Origin: Mobula hypostoma
Lineage: Eukaryota
Direction: 5' to 3'
DNA: 64,000 nt
Assembly: GCF_963921235.1 (NCBI RefSeq)
Contig: NC_086108.1
Coordinates: 41,046,001 to 41,110,000 of the forward strand
Below the pieces are notes generated by a model that was not told where the DNA came from, made no database searches, and saw only the letters and a program-made list of their open reading frames with translations. Positions 25,100 through 37,870 of this stretch are shown piece after piece (the stretch's first letter is position 1; the number at the start of each line of letters is the position of its first letter). A program made the translations under genes and the position numbers.

Positions 25100-25465
25100 G
25101 TGATGTGTGTCAGCTGTGGTATAGTAACTCCATTCTTGTCTCAGATTCAAGAATTCAGATCACATTCCAAAGGCATGCTGATGCTCCACCGCAGTTTTGA
25201 GGGAGTGCTGTGTAGTTGTAGACATCACTTTCCAGATGAGGCATTAAACCTGATAATAGGTCCTCTCAGGTGGCCAGAATGGATGGGACTACATTGAAAA
25301 GGAGTAGTGTTTTCCCTGCTACTGTTTAAACTGGCAATGACAGACACTGGGGCAATATTCATATTGATTATTGGACCTGTGCTTCAAATGGCACAAAGGG
25401 GCTATTCTTCTAAAGTAAAAATCTCTGAAATGTTAATGGTACTGTATAAATCTAAGGTTTGTTTT
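25100..25465 (+). mobile_element. Deu-domain SINE relic (SacSINE1/AmnSINE1-like)
   Basis: gagggagtgctg...tttccagatgaggcattaaacc...cctctcaggtgg resembles the Deu domain as I recall it. Confidence 0.55.
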
Positions 25466-27200
25466 GCTTTGTTTTAAAATGCCACATAATTAACAACAAT
25501 GAGTAAGGGTATTTATAAGGGTTCAGATCGTGCAGGAAACAAAAATTATTTGCTCACTGCAGGCCCTGAAGCACAATGCTACAGAGTCAAGTGGTACTGA
25601 CATTCTAAGACAAATTTCCATATTCACTTTCAAGTGAATTTTAATGGCATTTCAGAGGCTTTAGAACTGCCAGCACAGCATTATTCACTCTGCGTTCCTT
25701 GACTTTACTGGGATTCTATTTTGGAGAAATTCATTTTGCTCAGACATTGCCAACTTCAAACTGTCTTAGTAACTGACTGCCAGTGGGACCTCCCTGGTCT
25801 CCCTCATTGTCAGTTGAGCAGCTCAGGATCCCTTCTACAAAGAGCTTTGGACACCTGTGCTCCCCACTGCTTACAACTAGTAACAGAACTACATCCACTG
25901 GTTTACTCAGTTTATCCAAGTATCTGGCTTGCAACTGGGTCCCCTCCCTACCACTGCACTGGTGTCTCAGTTCCACCTCTTAGGAAGCTGTACAGTGAGG
26001 CTATTATTCAGGGGTCCCTTAAGATTTATTAGAAAAGCCTCTCTAAATTCATTGTTTAAGTAGTGTTTTTTTTTCCTACTTCCCACAATGATCGTTTTGA
26101 AAGTGGGAACTCATATTCGAAGAGCAGAAATGCTCCATTCAGCCGCCCCCTCCCACACTCTGCGACAGCATCAATTATGCAAAGCTCTTCTGCCCCGAAT
26201 AATGCTTTTTCTTCATAAACAGAGGGCCTCTTCATAAAGTGAATGAAACGTGTTCATGCCGCATTTCCTCATTACTGCAAGGTTACTGCGGGAGTGGAAG
26301 CTCAAGACTGATGCAGGCATTTGTCTAAGGTGCCCAAATCTGATTTCCTGTCTAGGAGGGAGTGAAGGAGTGAAGGGGAGACCCTTGTGTCCTGTTTCCA
26401 AGGCTCACAATGAAGGGGTGAGTTCCGGCTTCGTACGAAAGAAGAAGCTGCTTGTAAATAGGAGTGGCAAGAAAAGTTATACAGGGACCAACTGCAACCT
26501 GTGTTGTCCAAAGCTTTAAACAACCAATCCAACCAAAGCAAAGGGAAAATCGGCACACTGAAGTGTGGAAAAAGGCTACAGAGACAGATGTGTGCAATTT
26601 ATATAATGATTTTCAGTCCTATTCATGGTGAATTGGAAAAGTTTATAAACCTCTTAATGCTGGACTGAGCATAACATTAGAGTCACTGATTGCCTGTGGT
26701 GGAACATTGAGTACTTCCTTTGCATTCTAAAACTACACCACTATCCATTATTCCATGAAAAATGGTAAATTAGTGTCCTTTATTGTATTTGGCCTATTTG
26801 TAGCAATACTGGGGTGGGGCAGAGAGAGACATTCGCTCGGATCTGACTTTCAGCTAAATTATTCAGGGGGTTCCAGAGTTTACATAAACTCTGCCTTTCC
26901 TTTTACCATATTGTCTGTCCCTATTACTGTCTGCCTGCTCACCTGTCTGTGTTTCTCTTAATGCTTACTCCTTTCAATCTATTGTACTCTTTTGCTATAT
27001 TGACTGTTTATCTTTTGTCCTTCCCTATGACTGTTGATTCAGCAATTGCTCTCCCTCACTCTCTCTCTGCCCTATACTCTGGCTGCTTTCCTATCAGTCT
27101 ATATTTCTATTAGTCCCTACCAGAATGAGTGCCCAACATTTTTGCCTCACAGCTACCTTCAATAAAAATGCTGACATTTTCTGCCAGTTAACACATAATG

Positions 27201-28065
27201 ACACATGAGATTGCAGATGCTGGAAATCTGGAGGAACACACAAAGAAGCTGAAGGAACTCCCTAGGTCAGCCAACACCTGTGGAGTGAACTGGACAGTTG
27301 ACGTTTCAGGTCGAGATCTTCATCAGGACTGCCAAGAAAGCTGGGCAATACCTGTGTCAAAAGTTGAGGGGAGGAGATGGAGCAAGAGCTGGTGAATGAT
27401 AGATGAATCCAGGTGAGAGGAGAAAGGTAACTAAGTGGAAAGGGTGAGAATGGGAATTATATAAAACGGTAGGAGGTGAAAGGTAGAAAGACAAGGGGCT
27501 GAAGAAGATGCAATCTGATAGAAGACAGTGCACCAGGGAATGAGGGAAGCTGGTGAAGAGAGGAACCAGTGGGAAGAATGTGTGGGTGATGGGCAGATGG
27601 AGTGGATGGAGAAGGGGAAAGAGATAGGGTGGTGGGGACCAGTGAAGTCAAGAAGAAAAGAGGTGGGGTAAGGGACAGAATGGAGTAGTTACTGGAAGTT
27701 AGAGAATTCAGTGTCATGTTGTCAAGTTAGAGACTACCAACACAGAATACGAGACACTGTTCTTCTAATCCGCATCTATCCTCGACTTGGCAATGGACAG
27801 ACATGTCTGTGTGGGAATGCAAAGTCAAATTAAATTGGCTACCCACCAGGAGATCCTAGATGGTAAAGCAGATGGAGTGAACTTGTTTGGCAGAGTGGTC
27901 TCCCAATCTGCATTAGGTCTCACCAATGCAGAGGAGGCTGCACTGAGACCACTTGATACAGTATATGACATCAATGGATCCACAGATGAAGTGATGCCTC
28001 AGCTGGGAAGTCTGTTTAGGATCTTGGTAGGTGGTGGGCAAGGAGGTAAAGGGGCAAGTGCAGCA
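27201..28065 (-). mobile_element. Penelope-like element 3' fragment (GIY-YIG plus pLTR)
   Basis: Reverse complement is colinear with 15800-16510. Confidence 0.85.
27295..27331 (-). ncRNA. Minimal type I hammerhead ribozyme motif
   Basis: Minus strand reads CAGUC CUGAUGA AGAUCUCGACCU GAAAC GUC AACUG: intact core, one mismatch each in stems I and II. Confidence 0.7.
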
Positions 28066-28395
28066 CTTAGCAGTCATAACACTAGTAAAACTGACATAAC
28101 ACTTGCTTAATGAATTATTTTTGTTTTATAGAAAGATTTTGTAAATACAATTTTTTTTCTTATCTTTACACTCAAGTTAAAATGAAGAAGGTGAAAGCTT
28201 AGAATTCCTGCTCTACCAGTCCATGATCGGAGTAACAGAAATGCTGTCTACCAAGGAATGCAGCCACAACTCTGACCACAAATGCACAAAATGGCTTCCA
28301 CTGATGTAGCTGGAATGACATTGTAACAATATGCTTTCAGGAGCACGTCAGCGACTCCTGCCCCAACTCATGGACAGTGGTGGCATAGGACCACT

Positions 28396-29600
28396 AGTTC
28401 AAAGTTCAAACTTTTATTTTACTTTCTTTAGAGATACAAGGTAGAATAGGCCCTTCTGGCCCTCTGAGCCGCACAGCCCAGTAACCCTGACTTAACCCTT
28501 ACCTAATCGTGTAACAACTTACAATGACCAAATAACCTACATGGTTTGTCTTTAGACTGTGGGAGGACCCGGAGAAAACCCAACTTTCCTTGGGGAGGAC
28601 GTACAGAGACTCCTTACACAGGACTCCATGATTGAAGTCGGAACTCGGACACCTCGAGCTGCAATAACGTCACACCAACCATTAATCTACCATGGCACCT
28701 CAACGTAAATTTATTATCAAAGTTTATATACAGTATGCCAAAAAAACACAATCGAATCAATGAAATAAGCACACGAACAAAGAAGAACAAACAGCAAATG
28801 TGCAAAAGACAACTAATTGTGTGAATGCAAAAAGAAAAAAACAAAATAATAATAAATAAATATTGAAAGCATGAATTGTAGAGTCCTTGAAAGTGAGTCC
28901 ATAGGTTATGGAATCCACTTAGTGTTTTGGTGAGTGAAGTTATCCATTCTGCCTTGGACACCTGATGGTTAAAGAGCAATAACTTTCCTGAACCAGGTGA
29001 TATGGGACCCAAGACTCCTTCTTGATAGCAGCAGCAAAAAGCGCATGGCCTGGATGATAGGGGTATTTGATGACGCTGCTTTCCTGCAATAGCGCTTCTT
29101 GGAGGTGTGCTCAATGGCGGGGAGGGCTTTACCTGTGAAGGACTGGGCTGTATTCACTATTTTTTAGGGGAATTGATATTTCCATACCAGGCTGTGATAC
29201 AACCAGCAGCATATGCTCCATCGTGCATATTTAAAAGTTTGGCAAAACTTTAGGTGACATGCCAATTTTTCGCAAACTTCTAGGAAAGTAAAACTGCTGC
29301 TGTGCTTTCTTTGTAATGGCACTTACATGCTCGACCCTGGACAGATGCTCTTAAGCGATGACGCCGAGGAGGGTGAAGATACTAACCCTCTCCCCCTTTG
29401 AGGACTGGCTCATGGACCTCTTGTTCTCTTCTCCTGAAGTCTGTAATCAGCTCTTCATTTTTGCTGATGTTGAGTGAGAGGTTGTTGCAACAGCACTCAG
29501 CCAGTTTGTCAGTTTTCCTCCTATATGTCACCACTTTTGATCCAGCCAATATCAGCAAACTTAAATATGGCATTGGGGCTGTACTTGGCCTCACAGTCAG
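28396..29600 (-). mobile_element. Rex1/Babar LINE 3' portion
   Basis: ORF 29382-29594 NNLSLNISKNEELITDFRR; tail agttcaaagttcaa at 28397. Confidence 0.85.
28412..28698 (-). mobile_element. HE1/V-SINE-like SINE inside the Rex1 tail
   Basis: gtctttagactgtgggaggacccggagaaaaccc V-domain; CR1-like tail aataggcccttctggccc. Confidence 0.8.
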
Positions 29601-30239
29601 AAGTATAACTAGGAACCATTTATCAGCATGAACCCTCAGAGAGGGTCTGAAGAAAAGTCCCTGCTCCTGATCTCCTTTTCCATGAGCTCTTAGAATTTCA
29701 TGAAATGGATCAGATCTCTGAATCTGGTTTGTTGCGACTGCAGCTGGAATTGCAACAGGCTCTCAGGCCACAAGATTTCTATTGAGATCTTCGAAAATCT
29801 AAAGTTTGACCAAGGAGTGTTCTTGGACACATCCCCACCACAACACAGGATTGCAGAGACCAGTATTCTTTCATCACCTTCCTATGACAGTTTAATGTAC
29901 CACTGCAAAATGTTCAGAATCCTGCACATTCATTCCAAATCTCTGGACTTCTCAAGAAGATATTGTCCTTCCAGAACTCAGAGAAATTAGAACATCTTAG
30001 CCTTGGCCTTGGCCTCCATTAGGCATTTTGAAGTTTGCAGGAAACTGTGTTTGGATTAACACAAATGTCAAGAGAGGTGCTTTTAGCAGCTATGACTGTT
30101 CCTCCAGAAGTTTATAGCTCACTGCTTCAAGCAGAGTATCTCAATTAATCCTATTCCACCAAATCTTGTATATATGGTATCTTTTTGGCCAATATTTTTC
30201 AGTAGTGGTACTGTATTACCGAAGATATAATCTGTAAAG

Positions 30240-31720
30240 CTAACAGCAGTAAGGAAGATTGAGGAGAGCATTGGGGCATTGACGCAACCTTGTCTGACAC
30301 TAGCCATCATCGAGATTAGCCTTCTTGCACAGTCACAGGTAGGTTGATTGCATGATGTCACATTCTCTCACTACAATGTTGCATTTCAGCTGCAACAAAC
30401 TTCCTGTGGGAGTGAAACTAATGGGAAGTTGTTCAGTGCATGAGAAGTGAACTTCAGGATCTAGCTCACTGAAACTCCCATAGCTGAGCTATCTTATGGT
30501 GCCAGCATGGGTTTGTGCATACTCAGAAACACACTCAAGATGTTGTCAACACAGAACCAACTGAAGGAATGAATTTTACATGCAACAATGGCAAGACAGA
30601 GGTCCTCTGCCAACCTATCCCCACCGTATAAAGGTTAGCGTTATTTATCACATGTACATCAAAACATACAGTGAAATGTGTTATTTGCATTGAGGATATG
30701 CTGGGGACAGCCCGCAAATGCCATCATGCTTTTGTGCCAATGTAACATACCCACAAGTTATTAATCCTGACTCATATGTCTTTGGAATGAGGGAGGAAAT
30801 CTGAGAAGCTTGAGGAAAGCCACATAGTCATGGGGAAATTGAACAAAACCTTCACAGCGAGTGCCAGGAACTGAATCACTACCTTGCAGCTTACACCGTA
30901 AAGCATTACGCTAACCACTAGGCCTCCGTGCCACTACTATCACATTACCGTCTGACAATGAAAGTTCAGGGCAAAACCCTGGGGAACGCGGACCTCCTCA
31001 CATAACCCAGCAGCCAAATTCCAATAAAGGCAGACATTGATAATAAAATCCACCACCAACTCTGATGGGCCAGCACTATCTTTGATTGATTCAAGAAAAG
31101 GGCATTTGAAGATCAAGAACTGGCAACAAAATTTATGGCTGATTGGGAAACAAGGATCCCTGGGTTTTAGGCTTTTGTGATCAGAACTACCTTCAAGTGG
31201 CATATCTAGGCCCTGGATAGATACTACTATGCAGGTAAGCAGGCCAACACAAGCATCCTCCCCCAGGCCAACATCCTCACCATTGAGACCCTAATTATAC
31301 TCATTTGGCTCCCTTGGGCAAGTCACGTTGTTTGCCTACCCAGTACTGGAATCTTGAAACAGACACTCTATTCTAAGCTCTTTTACAAAGGAACTGATTC
31401 AATGGTGTGCTAAGGTCTCCTTAAAGTGATGCAATATCATTACAGCTCATAGGAATTTCTGGGCCATCAATGCTCAAAGAAGGTATATTCCAGATGACCT
31501 GGAGAACCTCAAGCCCATACAACAGGAGCACCTAGGCGTCCTGTGTAAATGGTAACAGAACGAGGCTACCTCATAACCAGCCACCCACCCTGTGAGTCCC
31601 TTCTGATTCCATATGTGAAACAGTCTGTAGTTTCCACACTGACCTTGTCTGTCACCTCAAAATCACAAAACTGAAGAAGAAGCAAGTAACTTTGGGATTT
31701 ATGCAGGGATGTAAATGAAG
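30240..31720 (+). mobile_element. Ancient RTE (BovB-like) LINE relic; 30240-30320 inverted
   Basis: Minus SVRQGCVNAPMLSSIFL; plus-strand aagacagaggtcctc, gcagacattgataataaaat and ccttgggcaagtcacgtt segments resemble RTE RT. Confidence 0.65.
30632..30934 (-). mobile_element. V-SINE-like SINE with a different (Rex-like) tail
   Basis: tgtctttggaatgagggaggaaatctgag V-domain; head ...gctaaccactaggcctccgtgcc; tail tttatcacatgtacatcaaaacatacagtgaaatg. Confidence 0.75.
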
Positions 31721-31883
31721 ATAAAATTTTCAGATCTCATGGTTGTACTATTTTGAACCTCATGCAAAATTATGAATAGGTACACAGGTATCCAAACTTG
31801 TTCCTATTGTCATATATCCTAAAAAGCTTGACCTTTTGTGTCTGACCTGAGTATTTATTGTTTCAAATTATTATTGCAGCTTA

Positions 31884-32193
31884 AATAAGCATCTGTTAGT
31901 CTCAAGAGACCATGGATTTGAAACTTGGAAGGCTTCCAGGGCGCAGGCCTGGGCAGGGTTGTATGGAAGACCGGCAGTTGCCCATGCTGCAAGTCTCCCC
32001 TCTCCACGCCACCGATGTTGTCCAAGGGAAGTGCACTAGGGCCGATACAACTTGGCACCAGTATCATTGCAGAGCAATGTGTGGTTAAGTGCCTTGCTCA
32101 AGGACACAACACGTTGCCTTAGCTGAGGCTCGAACTAGTGACCATCAGATCACCAGACCAACGCCTTAACCACTTGGCCACGTGCCAACCCAA
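31884..32193 (-). mobile_element. tRNA-derived SINE, same family as 12082-12392
   Basis: Colinear with 12082-12392; TSD attattgcagctta at 31870-31883 and 32194-32207. Confidence 0.92.
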
Positions 32194-32779
32194 ATTATTG
32201 CAGCTTAGTGAACACATTTTATGCATTTATGATGTAATTCCAGATTCTTTAAATGTCTCTCAATGTCGTGGCATTTAAAATACATAGATTGAAAGTTTAT
32301 CTATGATGTTTGATCTTCTACTTTACTCATATAGATCTATGATGTGATATTTGGGAATATTTAATCTTTTTAGAATTATGCTTTTTCCGTCATGGTTTGC
32401 TGATGTAGGCATTTAATAACATGATTGGCTGCTTGGCCATCTTGATGACATCGCAGTTATTGGTTGCCATGGCTCCCCTTAAAACTGATGCCTAACCAGC
32501 AACAGGTGTTTTCATTGAGATCAGTGATTAATGCAAACTTCAAGGGCTACTTACAAAATCTGGGCCTTTATGTTTTGAGACAATGCAAGCTGTTGTTATA
32601 TTGTATGAAAGTGATGAGGTTGCTATGGAAGCAACACACAGAATTTCACAGACTGACGTAACATTTTGGCATGACTAGAAGTTTTCTTAAGGTTTTCTTC
32701 CTGGCTTACAAAATGGTTGGCTTCATGGCCAGTTGCTGATAATAGTAAGTTAGGGAGCTTTGCCATGAAGAAGTAGTAA

Positions 32780-33146
32780 TTGAGAGACACAGAATGGAAC
32801 TAGGCCATTTGGCTACTGAGATCGCCCCAACAATCAACAAACCATTTAAACTAATCCTACAATAGCTCCCATTTTTTAATTCTCCACAATTCTTCATCAA
32901 CTTTCTTCAGATTTGACTTCTCACCTACACAGTAGAAGCAATTGACAACAATAATAGATTGAAGCAACATTAAAGACTCACCCCATGCTGCAGAATACAA
33001 GATTTTCATGGTATATTACAGAGGGCCTATCAACTTGCATGTCTTTAGAGTGTGGGAGGAAACTGGAACACTGAAACTGGGGGATAATGACTAAGTCACA
33101 GGGGGTGCATACGAGCTCCACACAGACCACCTCGAAGTCAGGATTT
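32780..33146 (-). mobile_element. HE1/V-SINE-like SINE
   Basis: gtctttagagtgtgggaggaaactgga V-domain; tRNA-like head around 33080-33146. Confidence 0.75.
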
Positions 33147-33579
33147 TAACCCGGTCTTTGGCAGTGTGAGGCAATGGCTCCACTGACTGTATCACTCTGC
33201 CACCCCAAGCAGTTGGCAATGAGTGATGACCCTTTTTCATTTCTTGGTCAACGAAATAATATATTTTATATGATACTTTAAATGGCTATACCATTCATTT
33301 CCTTCCATGTGTGAAAAGCCGTAACAGAACTCGGCAAAACATCTGTAAGTGCTAACTCTTTTTTAAATGTGTTTAAGAGATCCCCATAACATTATACTTG
33401 TCAACATAACAATTACATATACATACATACAGTTTACAAGGGGTCTATGGACACAATAATGATATTACAATCTGAATTTTGCTAGATATGAAAACACATA
33501 GCAACAAACCACAAAAGTCAATGTGACCTTTATTATTGTTCATTGTACTCAGAAATGCATAATCTCAATACTGCAAACG

Positions 33580-33790
33580 GCCATATCCTGATTCATACAG
33601 ACCTTTTCTCACCCTTCCCTTCTGGCTTTGTTGCCCTATATTGGCTCACAGCCCACAAAGAGCTACATTTCAGATTCCTTACCTCTTGCAAACATTCTCA
33701 TAACCCTGTCTCACTTATAGCTGCAGTTTCCATCTATCCTCTCCTGCGCCATTCTCTTCTCTGATCCAGAATCTTTACTACATCCTTTGC
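33580..33790 (+). mobile_element. L2 LINE relic
   Basis: ctatattggctc...tttcagattcctt resembles the L2 LHWLP..RIxFKI segment. Confidence 0.45.
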
Positions 33791-34499
33791 AACACAACCT
33801 TCTGCTGCCTGAGCACATCTGTCTGTCACTCCTTTTACAAATCCCTGTATCACTCCTTATATCTTTGATCATCCAGTTGTGGCTAAAACCACGCGTGGCA
33901 TAGAAAGATTAGGGCCAAAATGGAGGGGAGTGAAAATGGCCACCCATTGCTAGCTGCATGGGGCAAAGGAGTGGCACATTTCGTAGAGCCATTGCCTCAG
34001 AACATCAGATACTTGGGTTCAATGTTGACTGGAATAGCCGTGATTAAGGGTGTCAAGAGTGTTGTTGGGTGCCAGTTGAAATTTTCAAGTTATTACCTGG
34101 TTTAATTTTCACCTCAAAGGTCTATTAGAGAAACAGATACCACCCAACAGAGCTTATTTAAACTCTTACTTGTGGTGGAGAATCATATGGGGCTGAGAGG
34201 GTTTTGCCTGCCAAGACAATTGCTTGGCATTGTGCTATTTGAGGTTTGCAAAACTAGGGTTGGTGCAACAAGGCTTCTCCTGTGCAGCATTCACCCAACA
34301 CAACAAACTGAACTTGAGATGTCTTAGGCAAGGTCAACATTAGATCATGATTATGAGTCTGGATTGGCAGCGGAAGAAAATGACCTGCCCAGAGACAACA
34401 TTAAATACGAGTTGAGCAACTGGGAATTAGTGTTTTACGAAGTTATGACTTCATGCGATGGACATTGTGAGCTCCTATAATAGTAGGTATAATAAATTC

Positions 34500-34745
34500 T
34501 CTTGTGATTCAAAGAAGAGATTTTTCCAGAGAACAATCCTCAACCAAGAAGACAGCTTATTTGATCATTGACCTATCTTTTGTAGGAGCCTGTTGTGTTC
34601 GAAGTGGCTGCTTTGTTTCACAGCATTAAAAAAAAGTGACTATTCTTCAAAATTATATTTATGAAATTCCTTGGGAGATTAGTGGCTTGAATTATACATA
34701 TGGATCAGTGCTGTAAATTTCTATATAAATGGAAATTCCTGGTTC
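34500..34745 (+). mobile_element. Deu-domain SINE 3' relic
   Basis: tgtaggagcctgttgtg...gtggctgct...agtgactattcttcaaaa...ctatataaatg. Confidence 0.55.
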
Positions 34746-35458
34746 TTTAATCTGAAGCCGTGCCTTTAAATGAGGCAATATATACAATTTAAAAAAAAAA
34801 TCACCTGCAAGTCATTTAGTCACATATGTTGATAAGTTTTCTTGTTACCATGGTAACAGACTCAATAGGAAGTCTTCTAGCATGATTTTAAAATATATAC
34901 TGACTTTGTGTTATTAGTTGAGTTTTGAACTTGACAGCCTTTTGCTCTTTACAATTCAGGACCTGTGGAAGTCAGTCATAGGGCAGAATTCCTTTAAGTA
35001 TGGTTAAATTGGAGAATCTGAGGTCACACTACCAGGCTGGTACACCTAGTTAGCCCAAACTTATTGGGGAGAAGAGGTACAAGAACTGCACAAGTGAAAT
35101 TTCATCTTTTATGACTGTAAATTTTCAATAATTCTTTACCACTTTCCATCTACAAACTCTACCAATTAAGCTGGTGTTTAGAAATCTGTTTAATTTTATT
35201 CAGTAAACTTAATGTTTACAAATTATTGAAGGTGTACTAGAATATCTGCCATAAATGACAGCTGGATCTTGTGCAGGTTTAGTCATAATTCCAATAGATT
35301 ACTGATACCTGATAACCTGCAGATAATTGTCCAGTCCATTTACACTATAGTGAAGGCACGCTATTGAATGATGGATTGTAAGTGAAGCTGAAGGCCGTTG
35401 GTTCTGGGATCACTGCAGCTTTCCTGTGCACTGGCAAGGTAGAGTGGGGGGGAACATC

Positions 35459-35676
35459 GACTCAGACCATGAGAGTCCTGCGTCAGGCATTTTCATGCCT
35501 TACAAGGCGCAGATTGTAAGTCTGTGTGGGACGCCACTCCTCACACAGACACTAGAGCAATGTGTGATTAAGTGCTTTGCTCAAGGACACAAACAAGCTG
35601 CCACAGCTCAGGCTCAAACTAGCGACCTTGAGATCACTAGACGAACGCCTTAACCACTTGATCACGTGCCTAACAC
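35459..35676 (-). mobile_element. tRNA-derived SINE sharing its head with the 12082/31884 family, different 3' half
   Basis: gagcaatgtgtgattaagtg...gctcaaggacaca...cgccttaaccacttg shared; remainder unrelated. Confidence 0.8.
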
Positions 35677-35814
35677 AACATAGTGTAGTCACAATATTCT
35701 TGACAAAGAGCGATCATGTATTGCTTAAGGAAAATTATGATGGAGGAGAGTCACTAGCACTGCAACAGAGGGGACATAATGGATGTGGTAAAAATATCTG
35801 TTATGAGGAGTTAT

Positions 35815-36078
35815 GACCTTCCGCCCCCACGAGCCGCACTGCCCAGCAACCCACCTATTTAACCCTAGCCTAATCACAGGAAAATTTACAATGACCAATT
35901 AACCCACTAACCAGTACATCATTGGAACGTGGGAGAGAACAGGAACCCTCGAAGGAAACTCGCGCACTCACAGGAAGGCCGAACAAACTTCTGACAGGGG
36001 ATGCTGGGATTGAGCTCCAGATTCTGAAACCCCTAGCTGTAATCGTGTCTCTCTAATCGATAAGCCACTGTGGCACGT
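35815..36078 (-). mobile_element. HE1/V-SINE-like SINE
   Basis: Colinear with 28450-28698 (taaccctagcctaatc...tttacaatgaccaa). Confidence 0.8.
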
Positions 36079-36269
36079 TGGATAAGGTTGTTTGGAATCA
36101 CTGAGCTGGAATGTAAGAGGAAGAATGATACACTGTGTGTATTATGCTTTATATGGACTCTTTCATAGGGATATCGAGTTAATTTTATGCCATGATCCAT
36201 ATTCCTAGTAATCATTAACTCTCTGTTTTAAAGAAAGCTACTCTAAATTTTTCCATCTCTGCTCAAAAC

Positions 36270-36430
36270 TGAATTCTCTCATCCCTGTTACCATCCTAGT
36301 CATCAGTAGTCTATCCTTCCCAAAACCATAACATCCTTCCTCTATGCAGTTCCCTGAATTGAACACAATCCTCCAAATGAGCACTTCTCAGTATTTTACC
36401 ACAATTTGCCTGTATTTTTTTATTCTACTT
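36270..36430 (-). mobile_element. Old CR1 RT fragment
   Basis: acatccttcctct...ccctgaattgaacacaatcctccaaatg is the reverse complement of an HLExCVQF segment. Confidence 0.55.
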
Positions 36431-37039
36431 TCTTTTAAGCAAGTTGAATGTTAAGTGTTTGCAGTTAAACTGTCTGATGTTGAAAGGGTCATTACCTGAT
36501 ACTACAACTGTTACCTGTCATTACAACTGTTGCTTTTTATAACTGCATTTGTGACATGGTTGAGAATGAGTTTAATCCTTAAGATAAGGAAAGTGCTGAC
36601 TTTAGATTACAAATTCTGTAAATGTCATTGAAAAATTATTTTAATATCCTTTCCACTGGATTGTAGATTTCTTAAAACGATGTTAGCTTTGTCCATTGTC
36701 TCAGCTCTTTGGTTAAAATCTCCCAGTGATGCGAGGCCTATAATAGAAACATGAAGCGAATCCTGGGAATAAACAGAACACAGAATGTCGAAGATATCTG
36801 TGAGAAGGGGAATGGAGTTCACATCCATATCAGCAAATGTCTACGTTTCAGGAATGAATTAAAAAATCTACCGCTAAAACATTTTCACCCCATCACCGAT
36901 GAACTATTTGCTGTTTACTATTCTGTATTTTTACACCTGAAAATATCTACTGCAATAAGATGATGGACATTTTGGAAGAGAAATGAACTGTAGTCTCCAC
37001 CTCTACTCCTAGATGAATACAAAAGATTGCCACTCAATA

Positions 37040-37340
37040 TTTGAAATTTATCAGAGCATCCACTGTTCTAGCTAACTTTTATCCATCAGACTTAAAAACA
37101 GATTACCTGAAAGCATTTTGCTACAGATTTTGGAAACCTGAATTGACAGTAGATAACTTGAAATTATCTGGTTATTTATCTCATTGATGTTTCTGGGATC
37201 TTGATCGGTGCAAATAGCAACCAGGCTTCCCTTCATGTTCAAAGCATATTATATTTCAAAGAAGTGCTTCTAATGGGTGTGAAATCTTTTGCATTGTCAA
37301 TGGTTGTGAAAAGTTTTATCTAATTTAACAGGCTCTTCCT
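37040..37340 (+). mobile_element. Deu-domain SINE 3' relic
   Basis: aaaacagatta...ttatctcattgatgtttctgggatcttg...gtgcaaat...ggttgtgaaaag; similar to 34500-34745. Confidence 0.55.
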
Positions 37341-37870
37341 TTGTTGTCAACCCGTATTAAGAGCAAAAAAGTTGAAAAGGCCTATGGATCATACGTAATG
37401 AGGTACATTCATAATACTGCAAAAATCATTGGAGGAGCAAATGGCACAGCTGGTATTTGAACCAGAACAATAGTTAAGAGGTATAATTAGTGTGTGTAAT
37501 TAATATGGTAGTAAACTATTTTCAGATTAGTTGGAATGTAAAAAAAAATTAATCTGAGGACATTACTGTGAAATTATGTTATAATGTAGTGGATATTCAT
37601 TGGGAAGATAAGTGGACGATAATGCAATTGGCAGATTAACTGATTTTTGAATACAACAGGTTTTCAACTGTCTGCATTAGTGACTGTTCATAGTCAAACT
37701 AAGAACTTGAGGGATTTATCATCAATTGTAAAATCTCTCAAATAACTATTATTCTAAGAATGCATAATCACAGATTTTAAAAATCTTTTTTTTTGCACCG
37801 ATTGCCACACTAAATCTTAGTTTATCAACTTGTCCATTTATTGCATTGAATTCTGCGCACCAGAATTCCT

